Source: an uncultured Methanosarcinales archaeon (GTDB lineage Archaea > Nanobdellota > Nanobdellia > Woesearchaeales > GW2011-AR15). Taken from it: DNA of 64,000 nt. Where the stretch lies: positions 15,739-79,738 of the forward strand of contig CAZEKF010000004.1 in NCBI GenBank assembly GCA_964512765.1, written 5' to 3'. Position 1 is the first letter of the stretch. Every line of letters starts with the position of its first letter. Shown here piece after piece: positions 10,201 to 18,933 of this stretch. Under the pieces are notes generated by a model. It saw only the letters and a program-made list of their open reading frames with translations, made no database searches and was not told the origin of the DNA. The position numbers and the translations under genes were made by a program.

Positions 10201-13200
10201 ATTGGTATGTGCAATGGCTTTGGTCAGAACTGGGCAGGCCCTGCAGAAGGTATTATCGACGAAGTAAAAATCTATAGCAGAGCTTTATCGCCTGGTGAAA
10301 TCACAAACAGTTACCAAGGAATTCCTGTTTCTGATGCTGGTTTAGAATTATACTATCCGTTTGAAGAACTTGAATACACGTTAGATTATTCCGGTAATGG
10401 AAATACAGGAGAAGTTAACGGTGCAACACTTATAGATGGTAAATATGGCAAAGGATACAATTTTAATGGAATTAATAATTATATTGAAGTATTCAATTCA
10501 TCCACTTTTGATTTAGGATCATTACAAGGACTTAGAACAGATGCAACATTTAGCATGTGGGTTAAAACAGATTGTAATGAATGCGGAATAATGTCCATCT
10601 TGGCTGGACACGAAGGAAATAGAGGTCATGATAGACACATTTTTACTAACAATGGAAAAATTGACGGTAGAATCTGGCACGGAGACAATGGTGGATTTGA
10701 GATTGGTGACAAGGATATTGGAGACGATTCCTGGCATTTAATTACTATGACAATTGAAGAAGAAATTGGAAGTAAATTTTTTATAGATGGTGTCGAAGAT
10801 ACTACAGTCACCAAAGACCAGTCAGATTTTAACTGGAGTGACAGATTATGGTTAGGTTTTTCAAACGACGCAGATAATAATTATTTCAATGGTATTATGG
10901 ACGAGTTCAGGGTTTATAACAGAGTATTAAATCAGCAAGAAATTTCTAACCTCTACCAAGGAAATTCTGTTTTAGATAATGGATTAGTTCTGTATTATCC
11001 GTTTGACGAATCTTTAGATAACAACACACAACCGAACAGCATTTGTGAATATGGTGAAGGTTGTGCATGCAGTGACTGTGAAGACCAACAAGACGGCTGT
11101 ATATTTGGTTTAGCATGTGATGATGGTTTATGCGCGTGCGTACCTACACAGGAATATGAAACAATAATTGACGACGGTATTGATAATGACTGTGACGGGT
11201 TGATAGACGAACCGTATTTTGACGATCCTGGAGTTTATATCTGGGAAGCTAACTGTGATTATTACATGTGCGTATACTCGCATGATTCAAACGAATATAC
11301 AACAACTGGTGTGTTGTCAGGGTCAGGTTTCTCGCAAATCAGAGAACATGACTGGGAAAATGACGATAGTTACACATACGATAATGTTAACAATCTTATA
11401 TCTTTCACATCTGAACTAAAAAATGATCTGGACTGTTTAATCTTTAAAACAGACAGCATGGTTACATATGATTTGAACTTAAGCAAAGATAATGTTTATT
11501 TAACACAAAGAAAGATTAATCCATTGGAAAATCCGTTTGATTTCTCTAGTCCTGAATGTAACAGTTACTGTGAATATCCAAACTTTTGCGGAACTACATT
11601 ATTATTAATAGGAAGGGTTGACTGTGACTATGAACAGTGTATATTTGACTGTGGCGGGTACTGGGTTGATGTTGAGTCAGGTTATGACTTTTTACCTGAA
11701 GGTGTTGCAAGAAACCCTGGTGATTATTGTTCAGTTTGTTCAAATGACATGGTTTGTTCAAATTATACAAACCTATACTCGTGCCATTTTGATCCTTGTG
11801 AAGCTTCACTAACATATTTCGGATGTAACTGGGACGAAGCATCAGATACCTGTGAAGACGCGTTTAGTCCATGTATGCCAGGAACTACATTATGCAAAGA
11901 CGGAAGTTGCAGTCAGGACTGTGAAGATACAGACACTGCAAACGCAGGTTGTATAGGATATCCCGATAATGTTTGCGAACTAGGCGAAGGATGTGCGTGC
12001 AGTGATTGTGACGACGACCAGGCAAGTTGTACAAACGGCGCTATTTGCGGTGATAATGAACGGTGCGGATGTCCAGAAGATACAACCTTGTGTAATGATA
12101 AAACATGCGATGAAACTTGTGAAGATAATGGCGGTAAAACAGGATGTATTGGTAGTCCAAATAATAAATGCGAGTTTGGCGAAGGTTGTGCGTGTGAAGA
12201 TTGTTTACTTTTACAAGACAGTTGTGTTGAAGGCATAGTTTGTGAAATCGGAGAAGAAGTTTGTAGTAAATTTGGCATTGAAGAAAAATGTCCAGCAGGA
12301 ACAACATTGTGCAACGACGGTACCTGTGACAATGATTGTAATAATAATGGTGGTAAACGGGAATGTTACGGTGACCCGGACGACATTTGTCAGTACGGTG
12401 AAGGATGTGCATGTGAAGATTGTGATGAAAAACGCGATAATTGTGTAGATAGGGTATATTGTAATTATGATACTAAACTGTGTGAAGGAGAAGATTACCC
12501 AGACGATGACGATGATGATGACGACGATGATGAAGAACAGTGTATAGATAAAGACAGTGATAATTATTATAAAATTGATAAAGATTGTATAGGTAGCAAT
12601 GATTGTAATGATAGAGATAGGTCTGTGAACCCTCGTGCCAACGAAATCTGTAATAATAATAAAGATGATAACTGTGATGGTTACATTGATGAAGATTGTG
12701 ATTCGTCTCTTAAGGTTAAACTCGGGTCAATACCTGAAGTACGTGTTTTAGATAAATTTGAACTTGAAATTACTGTTAATAATAATTTAAACAAAGAAAT
12801 TGAACAGGTTGAACTAAACGTGGACGTGCCAACAGGAATTAAACCAAATAAACAAACTCAAAAAATATATAGTATAGATTCAAAAGATTTTGAAAAAGTT
12901 ACATATGAACTGTTTGTAAAAGACTTCAAACAAGATAAGGCAGATATTACTTTAAACATTGAAATTCCTGAAGAAGTTGATATTTCAGAAGAGTTATCAG
13001 TGAACATTGACATTCCTAAATTCCTTGTAGCAGCTGACCCTGAAGATGTTGATGAAAAATGTGTTGATTTGTACTACGTTATTAATGATAACTCATTACA
13101 AAATGAAGTTGATCTTGAACTTAATGTAATAGATCCTAACGCATTGCTCAGTAAAACAGTTGTTCTTGATTATCTAAGATCCATAAAAACTAAAGGAATA

Positions 13201-13380
13201 GTTATTGAAGAACTGATTTCAAACCCGTATTGTTTAGAACAAGGTAATGACTACGAAATATTTGGTTATCTTTACCAGTCAACACCAGGGTTAATTGTTG
13301 ACACTGTTGCTCAAAGCAAAGAATATTTAAAGACTTCGAACAATGTTATTAAAATAACAGTTGATATTAATGATGTTTAA
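7204..13380 (+). CDS. Giant secreted Cys-rich adhesin-like protein (dockerin-like, CBM4/9-like, two LamG domains, MopE-like repeats, C-terminal Ig-like domain)
   Basis: 2058 aa; signal peptide; paired EF-hand-like loops DNNQDAKVDDID and DVNEDNVVDEAD; KNPSFE...YFDDIEL; two LamG units (FDGVNDY...GIIDEVKIYSRALS and FNGINNY...GIMDEFRVYNRVLN); DGIDNDCDGLIDE. Confidence 0.85.
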   Translation: MKKIDFIVLILVVSMFIVIDQDVDAGICCCSASECDGSAIDYYDPGSSVPGNKIYDDAGTGARYYFEPSDEEEDGGGGGGYVCSPSCSGNECGDNGCGGSCGSCDGLAFTTGCAGKVCEFQDTSLTVEVEPIPCISESKREFTVRGVNNYCGDLEILIYYPESTESHPISTDTFGSYNYEHTFVIPDDVVLAPEPTIKIEVKGDRMSRRDPKDEGNYDCEETIDSLNLNYKNFYYCPDFSEGVTSSEFDYYDKEEYYNFYDNDKTYNWDEDCVSDESVSFCSPNPTDCVDENGDTFSFKTAHDADSDDEIEVCHAIDNIQGGWLDPDVNADVCSYVSGGDWFDCDPLMGGCDPDKDTFAPEVAGFCCGDENDEKAISTKILKNWDNEYVKNNDGSVKEYTACCDPQDSCVDETGICREENYEYCLAVGGVKGVCTNTGSGYDWVLYNEPTCVSGCEKCDNNQDAKVDDIDLTNIELNYESTGVSYNAVYDVNEDNVVDEADREFCHDNFFEQTCAYCGDNLLQPTYESCDVVDSVIEYACPEDYCSVENNAYYERQDTCDDLICECSYEFKGCDKTECPGTCEVDDDCDSGYLCNLDTCSCLIIGCPMGTSLCDDGTCKPDCNFVGCDGSPDDVCSPGEGCACIDCLGQQSICNDGGVCGPDGLCGCPEGTALCNDGTCSSDCVITDDDFAACLLDDNLVTPFIKNPSFETDEAWNFRDFERITEKSKTGSYSVKSVDYLGAAEQQEINVQPLTKYQLSGYIFNELEKGNAYLDLKDIPEECQAISTKKDQWELVSCEFTTSLNTNSVVIRLVTDHTQEEDPVGVAYFDDIELLPFESVVVKDYSGEGNDGTLYGPTLVDGKYGKAYEFDGVNDYIITPNSAVLEDISEGSYTYEAWYYPKEIPPDIQYNNYHFILCKQGEHNPLLYHRETHFNFHMWNDNHQSFGINSGASNLVNNWYHVVGTFDINSKEVNLYVNGIHQGTEIFTGTPKDHGQNPIKIGMCNGFGQNWAGPAEGIIDEVKIYSRALSPGEITNSYQGIPVSDAGLELYYPFEELEYTLDYSGNGNTGEVNGATLIDGKYGKGYNFNGINNYIEVFNSSTFDLGSLQGLRTDATFSMWVKTDCNECGIMSILAGHEGNRGHDRHIFTNNGKIDGRIWHGDNGGFEIGDKDIGDDSWHLITMTIEEEIGSKFFIDGVEDTTVTKDQSDFNWSDRLWLGFSNDADNNYFNGIMDEFRVYNRVLNQQEISNLYQGNSVLDNGLVLYYPFDESLDNNTQPNSICEYGEGCACSDCEDQQDGCIFGLACDDGLCACVPTQEYETIIDDGIDNDCDGLIDEPYFDDPGVYIWEANCDYYMCVYSHDSNEYTTTGVLSGSGFSQIREHDWENDDSYTYDNVNNLISFTSELKNDLDCLIFKTDSMVTYDLNLSKDNVYLTQRKINPLENPFDFSSPECNSYCEYPNFCGTTLLLIGRVDCDYEQCIFDCGGYWVDVESGYDFLPEGVARNPGDYCSVCSNDMVCSNYTNLYSCHFDPCEASLTYFGCNWDEASDTCEDAFSPCMPGTTLCKDGSCSQDCEDTDTANAGCIGYPDNVCELGEGCACSDCDDDQASCTNGAICGDNERCGCPEDTTLCNDKTCDETCEDNGGKTGCIGSPNNKCEFGEGCACEDCLLLQDSCVEGIVCEIGEEVCSKFGIEEKCPAGTTLCNDGTCDNDCNNNGGKRECYGDPDDICQYGEGCACEDCDEKRDNCVDRVYCNYDTKLCEGEDYPDDDDDDDDDDEEQCIDKDSDNYYKIDKDCIGSNDCNDRDRSVNPRANEICNNNKDDNCDGYIDEDCDSSLKVKLGSIPEVRVLDKFELEITVNNNLNKEIEQVELNVDVPTGIKPNKQTQKIYSIDSKDFEKVTYELFVKDFKQDKADITLNIEIPEEVDISEELSVNIDIPKFLVAADPEDVDEKCVDLYYVINDNSLQNEVDLELNVIDPNALLSKTVVLDYLRSIKTKGIVIEELISNPYCLEQGNDYEIFGYLYQSTPGLIVDTVAQSKEYLKTSNNVIKITVDINDV
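9019..12483 (+). repeat. Five copies of a Cys-rich protein repeat (CPxGTxLCxDGxCxxDC...PxxxCExGEGCACxDC)
   Basis: Units begin CPMGTSLC, CPEGTALC, CMPGTTLC, CPEDTTLC, CPAGTTLC; each has GEGCAC. Confidence 0.85.
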
Positions 13381-13407
13381 TGTTTATATAAATGAGGTGT
13401 GTGTAAA

Positions 13408-14361
13408 ATGATTATATTTGGTTTAAACTTACCCTTACCAGAATTGTTTCTATTGTTAATAATAGTCTTTTTTGTGTTTTTAGTAATGATTTTAGCCCAG
13501 TTGCAAAAATTGCAAAAAATGACAGCTGAAGAACGTAAAGAAATTGAAGAACTAGAAACACTTGTTCAGGAAGAGAAAAAAGATCTTGAGCAGCTCAAAG
13601 CATTTGAAAAAATGGAATCATACGATTTGGTTAAGTTTGAAAAAGAATTGTTTGAACTTGAAGAAGAAACAGACACAATTTATCTGAGAAAACTCGCACC
13701 TAATCTGTTCAAGCTACAAAATTACGTGCTATGGGCATTGAAAAAAGGTTTAAGTCCTAAACAAATCAAGGAAAATTTGTTGTCAAAAGGTTGGAAAGAT
13801 ACTAAGTTTATAGAGATGGTTATTGATGATACATTGAAATATCAAGGATACTATAAAAATAGGAAAGGTAAAGTTGAATCTCCTTCAATTAAAATTGAAG
13901 AAACCACCAAGATTATACAACCTGTAAAAGTTGTGAAAGTTGAGAAACCTGAAGTTAAAAAAACAGTTGAAAGAGCGCCGCCACATCCTAAGGCAAGAAA
14001 AGTCATAACAGCAAAACCAAGACCAAGTGATGACTTGAGTAAAATAGAGAGTGAACTAACTGCTTTGCAAAAAGATCTTACTAAAGAAAAGAAAGTAACA
14101 ACTAGAAAAACAAAGTCAAAGAAAAAAGCAACAACAAAGAAAAAAACAGGAGTCAAAGCTAAAAAAACTGTTGTAAGAAGTAGTGTAAAGAAAAGAATGG
14201 TTTTAGGTACAAAAGGCGGTAATAAATATCATAAACCAACCTGTATAGTGATGAAAAAAGTGCCAAAAGATAAAGTTGTTACATTCAAAAACAATGAAGA
14301 AGCACTTAAAAAAGGTTACAAGCCTTGTACTGTATGTGCAGTGGAATCAAGTCATAACTAA
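13408..14361 (+). CDS. Membrane-anchored coiled-coil protein with Lys-rich linker and C-terminal Ada-like metal-binding domain
   Basis: N-terminal TM helix; C-terminal GTKGGNKYHKPTC...EALKKGYKPCTVC; GAGGTG RBS before ATG 13408. Confidence 0.75.
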   Translation: MIIFGLNLPLPELFLLLIIVFFVFLVMILAQLQKLQKMTAEERKEIEELETLVQEEKKDLEQLKAFEKMESYDLVKFEKELFELEEETDTIYLRKLAPNLFKLQNYVLWALKKGLSPKQIKENLLSKGWKDTKFIEMVIDDTLKYQGYYKNRKGKVESPSIKIEETTKIIQPVKVVKVEKPEVKKTVERAPPHPKARKVITAKPRPSDDLSKIESELTALQKDLTKEKKVTTRKTKSKKKATTKKKTGVKAKKTVVRSSVKKRMVLGTKGGNKYHKPTCIVMKKVPKDKVVTFKNNEEALKKGYKPCTVCAVESSHN

Positions 14362-14369
14362 TTCTTTTT

Positions 14370-14930
14370 TTATATTATTATTTTTGTTAACAAATTAGTA
14401 AAGCTAAATATTAATACTAGGTTAAACACTAAATGTGATGTGAAAAATAATATTATTTGAGGTAGTGAACTTCCCATTAAATAATAAAATACAACAGTAA
14501 TAATTTCAAATATTAAAGTCAAGAGAATTAATGCAATAACTAAAGGAAAAGTTAAGAAAAACTTTGATAATATTATTACTGAACAAAGTCCAATTAAAGT
14601 AACAAGCGTGTAATGGCTTAGTTTGTTTGCTAAATAATCTGCAATTAGGATGCTGGGTATTCCAACAACAAAACCTAGTATAATGTTATTATATGTTAAA
14701 GAAACTATTAATGTAGGGAACAAAATAAAATCTAGTCCTAGTTTGCTCTTTAAGAATTTGTGATATATTTTAGATAAGCTCCCAATTACTATGAGAACTA
14801 ATATGAAAATTGTTGTTCTTACGTACTGGCTGTATGTCAGGAATAAAAACATTACAATCATAATTAAAAGAATAATTCGTTTTTTGTTTTTCAACAAGTT
14901 ATAAATTTTTTTAAGATAATTGTTTAGCAT
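14370..14930 (-). CDS. Integral membrane protein (ECF S-component-like)
   Basis: About 6 hydrophobic segments; GLDFILFPTLIVSLTY...GFVVG motif. Confidence 0.65.
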   Translation of the reverse strand: MLNNYLKKIYNLLKNKKRIILLIMIVMFLFLTYSQYVRTTIFILVLIVIGSLSKIYHKFLKSKLGLDFILFPTLIVSLTYNNIILGFVVGIPSILIADYLANKLSHYTLVTLIGLCSVIILSKFFLTFPLVIALILLTLIFEIITVVFYYLMGSSLPQIILFFTSHLVFNLVLIFSFTNLLTKIII

Positions 14931-15804
14931 TTTTCATTAACTTTTCTAACGGTAGCTCAGAAAGTATCATTGCAATTACAATAATTAACCCACCCATTGC
15001 TCTGTTCCTAATAAAAACTTCGTTGCCTAATGTCCAGGCAAACACAGCAGCAAACACAGGTTCCATTGAAAAGATTAAAGCTACTTTGACAGGAGTTGTA
15101 TACTTTTGTGCTATTAACTGAATAACAAAAGCAGACACAGTTGGAAATAAGGTTAAGAATAATACAACTCTTAAAGTATTAATTGTCCCAAAACTAGTTG
15201 GTAGTTGAAAAACAATTCCTGTAATAATGCTTAACACACCAATAAAAAAAAACTGTTGGAAGCTTAAGACATATGGATCTGATTTCTTTTTAATATATTT
15301 ATCAGCAAATAAAATGTGGAATGCATAAGTTACTGCTGCAATTAAAGTTAACATATCACCAATATTAATTTCTTTAAGACCACCTGTTAATAACCATAAA
15401 CCTAATAATGCAAGAAAAACAGAAAACAGTTTTGCTATGGATAACTTTGTTCGAAAAAACATCATTGAGAAGATAGGCACAAATAAGATAAACAATCCAG
15501 TTATAAATCCAGAATTTGAGGCTGTTGTATACTTCAATCCAATTGTTTGTGAAATATAAAGTAACCACAGTATAAACCCAAGAACAAAACCGTGTTTCCA
15601 ATTATTGAATAACCTTTTTTTCTGAAAATAAACAATAAAACCAAGTATGATAGCAGCTAACAAAAATCTATATCCTACTAACATTACAGGATCAATGTGC
15701 TTTAAACTCTCCTTAACAATGAAGAACGTAGAACCCCAGATAGCTGCTGCGTATAACAAACCAAGATCAGCTAACAATGTTTTTTTCTTTGTAACCAATT
15801 TCAT
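14911..15804 (-). CDS. DMT/EamA family transporter
   Basis: AAIWGSTF, LQTIG-like TTASNSGFITG, EPVFA; 10 TM duplicated architecture. Confidence 0.9.
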   Translation of the reverse strand: MKLVTKKKTLLADLGLLYAAAIWGSTFFIVKESLKHIDPVMLVGYRFLLAAIILGFIVYFQKKRLFNNWKHGFVLGFILWLLYISQTIGLKYTTASNSGFITGLFILFVPIFSMMFFRTKLSIAKLFSVFLALLGLWLLTGGLKEINIGDMLTLIAAVTYAFHILFADKYIKKKSDPYVLSFQQFFFIGVLSIITGIVFQLPTSFGTINTLRVVLFLTLFPTVSAFVIQLIAQKYTTPVKVALIFSMEPVFAAVFAWTLGNEVFIRNRAMGGLIIVIAMILSELPLEKLMKNAKQLS

Positions 15805-15845
15805 TTAAGAAAAGAAGTAAGATGAAGTTTATATTTGCTTTTATT

Positions 15846-16175
15846 TCAAAGCATGTAATCCATTGCACGTGGAAGTCTAAGAAGTTCGGATATATTAGAT
15901 ACTGCTCTATCAGATTGTGAAAGAGGATCAGGAGTCTTATGCCCTATAGGAGATACTAAATCTTTAATACCTATATCTCTCTTTAGATTTAATGATTTTA
16001 ACATTCTGGCATAAGGAGTATTATCAGCACCAAGTACTTCATGGAACAGAGAATATTCTCTAGCGGTGATTCTAGGATCCATTCCTGAATAAGGCCTCAA
16101 ATTAAGTTCATTATTATGTGTATATAAAGCATTCTGTGCAGCTGCATCTTGTTCTCCAATTGTTGTATATCCCAT
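15846..16175 (-). CDS. Hypothetical protein
   Basis: 109-aa ORF filling the intergenic space, AAGGA RBS; no recognisable motif. Confidence 0.55.
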   Translation of the reverse strand: MGYTTIGEQDAAAQNALYTHNNELNLRPYSGMDPRITAREYSLFHEVLGADNTPYARMLKSLNLKRDIGIKDLVSPIGHKTPDPLSQSDRAVSNISELLRLPRAMDYML

Positions 16176-16241
16176 TTTTTCCTTAATATTCTATTTTTCT
16201 ACTATACTAATACAATTTCTTTTACAAATGTTTCGATTTTG

Positions 16242-16261
16242 TAATCACTGTCAAGTGATTA
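16242..16261. promoter_or_regulatory. Palindrome between divergent promoters, possible operator
   Basis: TAATCACT-gtca-AGTGATTA perfect 8-bp inverted repeat. Confidence 0.4.
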
Positions 16262-16309
16262 TATCATCCAAGCAAAGTTTTAAATATAAAATTAATCTAC
16301 TGTTTTGTT

Positions 16310-16354
16310 ATGTATTCGTTATGGAAAACTTTAGCAGTAGTAGTGGTGCAATAG
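16310..16354 (+). CDS. Putative valS leader peptide MYSLWKTLAVVVVQ
   Basis: ATG about 25 nt after TTTAAATA box; GTA GTA GTG GTG run; hairpin and U-tract follow; valS directly downstream. Confidence 0.65.
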   Translation: MYSLWKTLAVVVVQ

Positions 16355-16420
16355 TTTCCATTGGCTTTTTTCTTCTAATATTTTATTAATTATTAGGAAA
16401 ATTATATAGAAGAGAAAGCA
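16321..16420 (+). promoter_or_regulatory. Putative attenuator in valS leader
   Basis: ATGGAAAACT pairs with AGTTTCCAT, then CTTTTTTCTTC; this U-tract can also pair with TAGAAGAGAAAGC near 16407-16419. Confidence 0.5.
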
Positions 16421-16457
16421 TTATAAATATGAAAACAAAGGTGCATGAATATGGAAA

Positions 16458-16505
16458 AAAAAATTAATAAATTTTTTAACCACCAAAAATCACAAGGTGA
16501 TTTTT
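16458..16505 (+). repeat. Double-hairpin element, copy 1 (covers valS RBS)
   Basis: AAAAAATT-aata-AATTTTTT, 7-nt spacer, AAAAATCAC-aag-GTGATTTTT. Confidence 0.55.
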
Positions 16506-16506
16506 G

Positions 16507-18933
16507 ATGGAATTACCAAAGAAATATGATCCGAAGATATCTGAAAAAAAATGGCAAAAGTATTGGGAAGATAAAGAAATTTACAAGTTTGACCCAAAAG
16601 ATACAGAACGTGAGTTATATGTAATAGACACTCCACCGCCTACTGTATCAGGTGCTATGCATATAGGTCACGCTTCAATGTATTCACAGATGGACATTAT
16701 TGCACGTTATCAAAGATTAAAAGGTAAGAATTTGTTTTATCCGTTCGGCACAGATGATAACGGGTTAGCAACTGAAAGATTAATAGAGAGAACTAAAAAA
16801 GTAAGATCTGTTAACATGAAGAGATCTGAGTTTATTAAACTGTGCTTGAAAACATTGGAAGAAATCAGGCCAGGCTTTGTTCAGGACTGGAAAAATGTTG
16901 GTATTAGTTGCGATTTTACATTGTTTTATTCAACTATTAATGACCATTGTAGAAAAATATCACAGAAATCATTCCTTAAACTGTATAAAAAAGGCAGAGA
17001 ATATAGAAAAGAGTCACCTTCTATATGGTGCCCTGAGTGCCAGACTGCAATTGCGCAAGTCGAGTTAGAAGATAAAGAACTAAAAAGTACATTTAATGAT
17101 ATCATCTTTAAAGTAGATGGTAATGATTTGGTAATTGCAACTACACGGCCAGAAATGTTAAGCAGTTGCGTAGCAGTTTTTGTACATCCAGATGATAAAC
17201 GTTACAAAAAATACATTGGTAAGAAAGCTAAAGTTCCGTTGTTTAACTACGAAGTACCGATTCTAATTGATAAACGAGCAGACCCTGAAAAAGGTACAGG
17301 AGTTGTAATGTGTTGTACGTTTGGTGACCAGACAGACATTGAATGGTATAAAGCGCATAATCTAGATCTAAGAATATCAATTACCAAAGATGGTAAAATG
17401 ACAAAATTAGCTGAAAAATACCATGGATTAAACATTGAAAATGCTCGAAAAGAAATTATTAATGATTTAAAGAAAAACAAATTATTGATTAAACAAGAGC
17501 CGATTAAACATACAGTTAATGTTCATGAACGATGTGGGACAGCTATTGAAATTCTTAACACAAAACAGTGGTTTATTAAGTATCTTGATCTGAAAGATCA
17601 GTTTTTGCAGAACGGTGCAGCCATGAACTGGTATCCTAAACATATGAAGTCTAGATTAGATAACTGGATCAATGGTTTACAATGGGACTGGTGCATTTCA
17701 AGGCAAAGACATTTCGGTGTACCGTTTCCTGTATGGTACTGTAAAAAATGCGATACTGAAATTCTTGCAAATGAAAAAGATCTTCCAGTAGACCCGCTAG
17801 AAGATAAACCACCAGTTAAGAAATGTCCTAAATGTAGTTGTAAAGATTTTGTACCTGAGAAAGATGTTTTTGACACATGGGCAACAAGTTCATTAACACC
17901 TGAACTAGCAGGTGAACTAATCAAAGGTAGTCCTAATTATAAAAACATTTATCCGATGGATTTAAGACCGCAAGCGCATGACATTATAACGTTTTGGTTG
18001 TTTAACACAATGGTTAAATCACAGTTGCATCACAAAAGAAACCCGTGGAAAAACATAACCGTTTCTGGCTGGGCTTTGGATCCACACGGTAAAAAAATGT
18101 CAAAGTCAAAAGGTAATGTTATACATCCACAAGAAATGATTGAAAAGTACAGCGCTGATGCGTTAAGGTTCTGGGCAGCTGGAAGCAAACTTGGAGATGA
18201 TCTGCCTTTCCAAGAAAAAGACCTTGTAACAGGTAAAAAAACCATTACAAAGTTATGGAACGCTAGCAAGTTTGTTTTAATGCATCTTGAAGATTATGAA
18301 TATGAAAAACATGATCTTGAAAATATTGACAAATGGATCTTGTCAAAGTTACAGAACTTAGTTAAAACATGCACAGAACATTTTGATAAATATGAATATT
18401 CAAAAGTTAAGTTGGATGTTGACACATTTTTTTGGCACGTGTTCTGTGACAACTATCTAGAACTAGTTAAAGATAGATTGTACAATCCAGAGAAACATCA
18501 CAAAGGTGCAAGAAATTCTGCACAGTTTACACTTTATGAAATATTGTTAACTATACTTAAGTTATTAGCACCGATATTACCACATATAACTGAAGAAATC
18601 TACCAGTTGTACTTTGCAAAAAAAGAAAACAAGAAAAGTATCCATATTTCTTTGTGGCCAGAGTTTAATATAACTTATGTTGATAAAGAAATTGAACAAA
18701 CGGGAGATTATGTGGTTAGTATAGTATCTGCGGTTAGAAAAGCTAAATCCGAGAAAGCTCTTTCATTAAACACTGAACTAAAAACATTAGTGATTGAGTG
18801 TTCATCTTCAATAAGAAAAAATCTCGAGTTGGTGTTACCTGATATCAGTGCAGTTACAAAAGCTAACAATATAGAATTTGGTAAGGGTAATATTGAACTA
18901 AGTAAAGAAATAAAGATTAAAGTTATTTTTTAA
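16507..18933 (+). CDS. valS: Valine--tRNA ligase (archaeal type)
   Basis: IDTPPPTVSGAMHIGH, ATTRPE, WCISRQR, KMSKS; AGGTGA RBS. Confidence 0.97.
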   Translation: MELPKKYDPKISEKKWQKYWEDKEIYKFDPKDTERELYVIDTPPPTVSGAMHIGHASMYSQMDIIARYQRLKGKNLFYPFGTDDNGLATERLIERTKKVRSVNMKRSEFIKLCLKTLEEIRPGFVQDWKNVGISCDFTLFYSTINDHCRKISQKSFLKLYKKGREYRKESPSIWCPECQTAIAQVELEDKELKSTFNDIIFKVDGNDLVIATTRPEMLSSCVAVFVHPDDKRYKKYIGKKAKVPLFNYEVPILIDKRADPEKGTGVVMCCTFGDQTDIEWYKAHNLDLRISITKDGKMTKLAEKYHGLNIENARKEIINDLKKNKLLIKQEPIKHTVNVHERCGTAIEILNTKQWFIKYLDLKDQFLQNGAAMNWYPKHMKSRLDNWINGLQWDWCISRQRHFGVPFPVWYCKKCDTEILANEKDLPVDPLEDKPPVKKCPKCSCKDFVPEKDVFDTWATSSLTPELAGELIKGSPNYKNIYPMDLRPQAHDIITFWLFNTMVKSQLHHKRNPWKNITVSGWALDPHGKKMSKSKGNVIHPQEMIEKYSADALRFWAAGSKLGDDLPFQEKDLVTGKKTITKLWNASKFVLMHLEDYEYEKHDLENIDKWILSKLQNLVKTCTEHFDKYEYSKVKLDVDTFFWHVFCDNYLELVKDRLYNPEKHHKGARNSAQFTLYEILLTILKLLAPILPHITEEIYQLYFAKKENKKSIHISLWPEFNITYVDKEIEQTGDYVVSIVSAVRKAKSEKALSLNTELKTLVIECSSSIRKNLELVLPDISAVTKANNIEFGKGNIELSKEIKIKVIF

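Noticed and set aside
12502-12531. GAT/GAC trinucleotide run
   Set aside because: In-frame poly-Asp linker in the giant protein, not a phase-variation tract
16321-16389. Alternative-frame ORF MENFSSSSGAIVSIGFFLLIFY in the valS leader
   Set aside because: Lacks an RBS, is farther from the TATA box than ATG 16310, and does not match the downstream gene; not fully excluded
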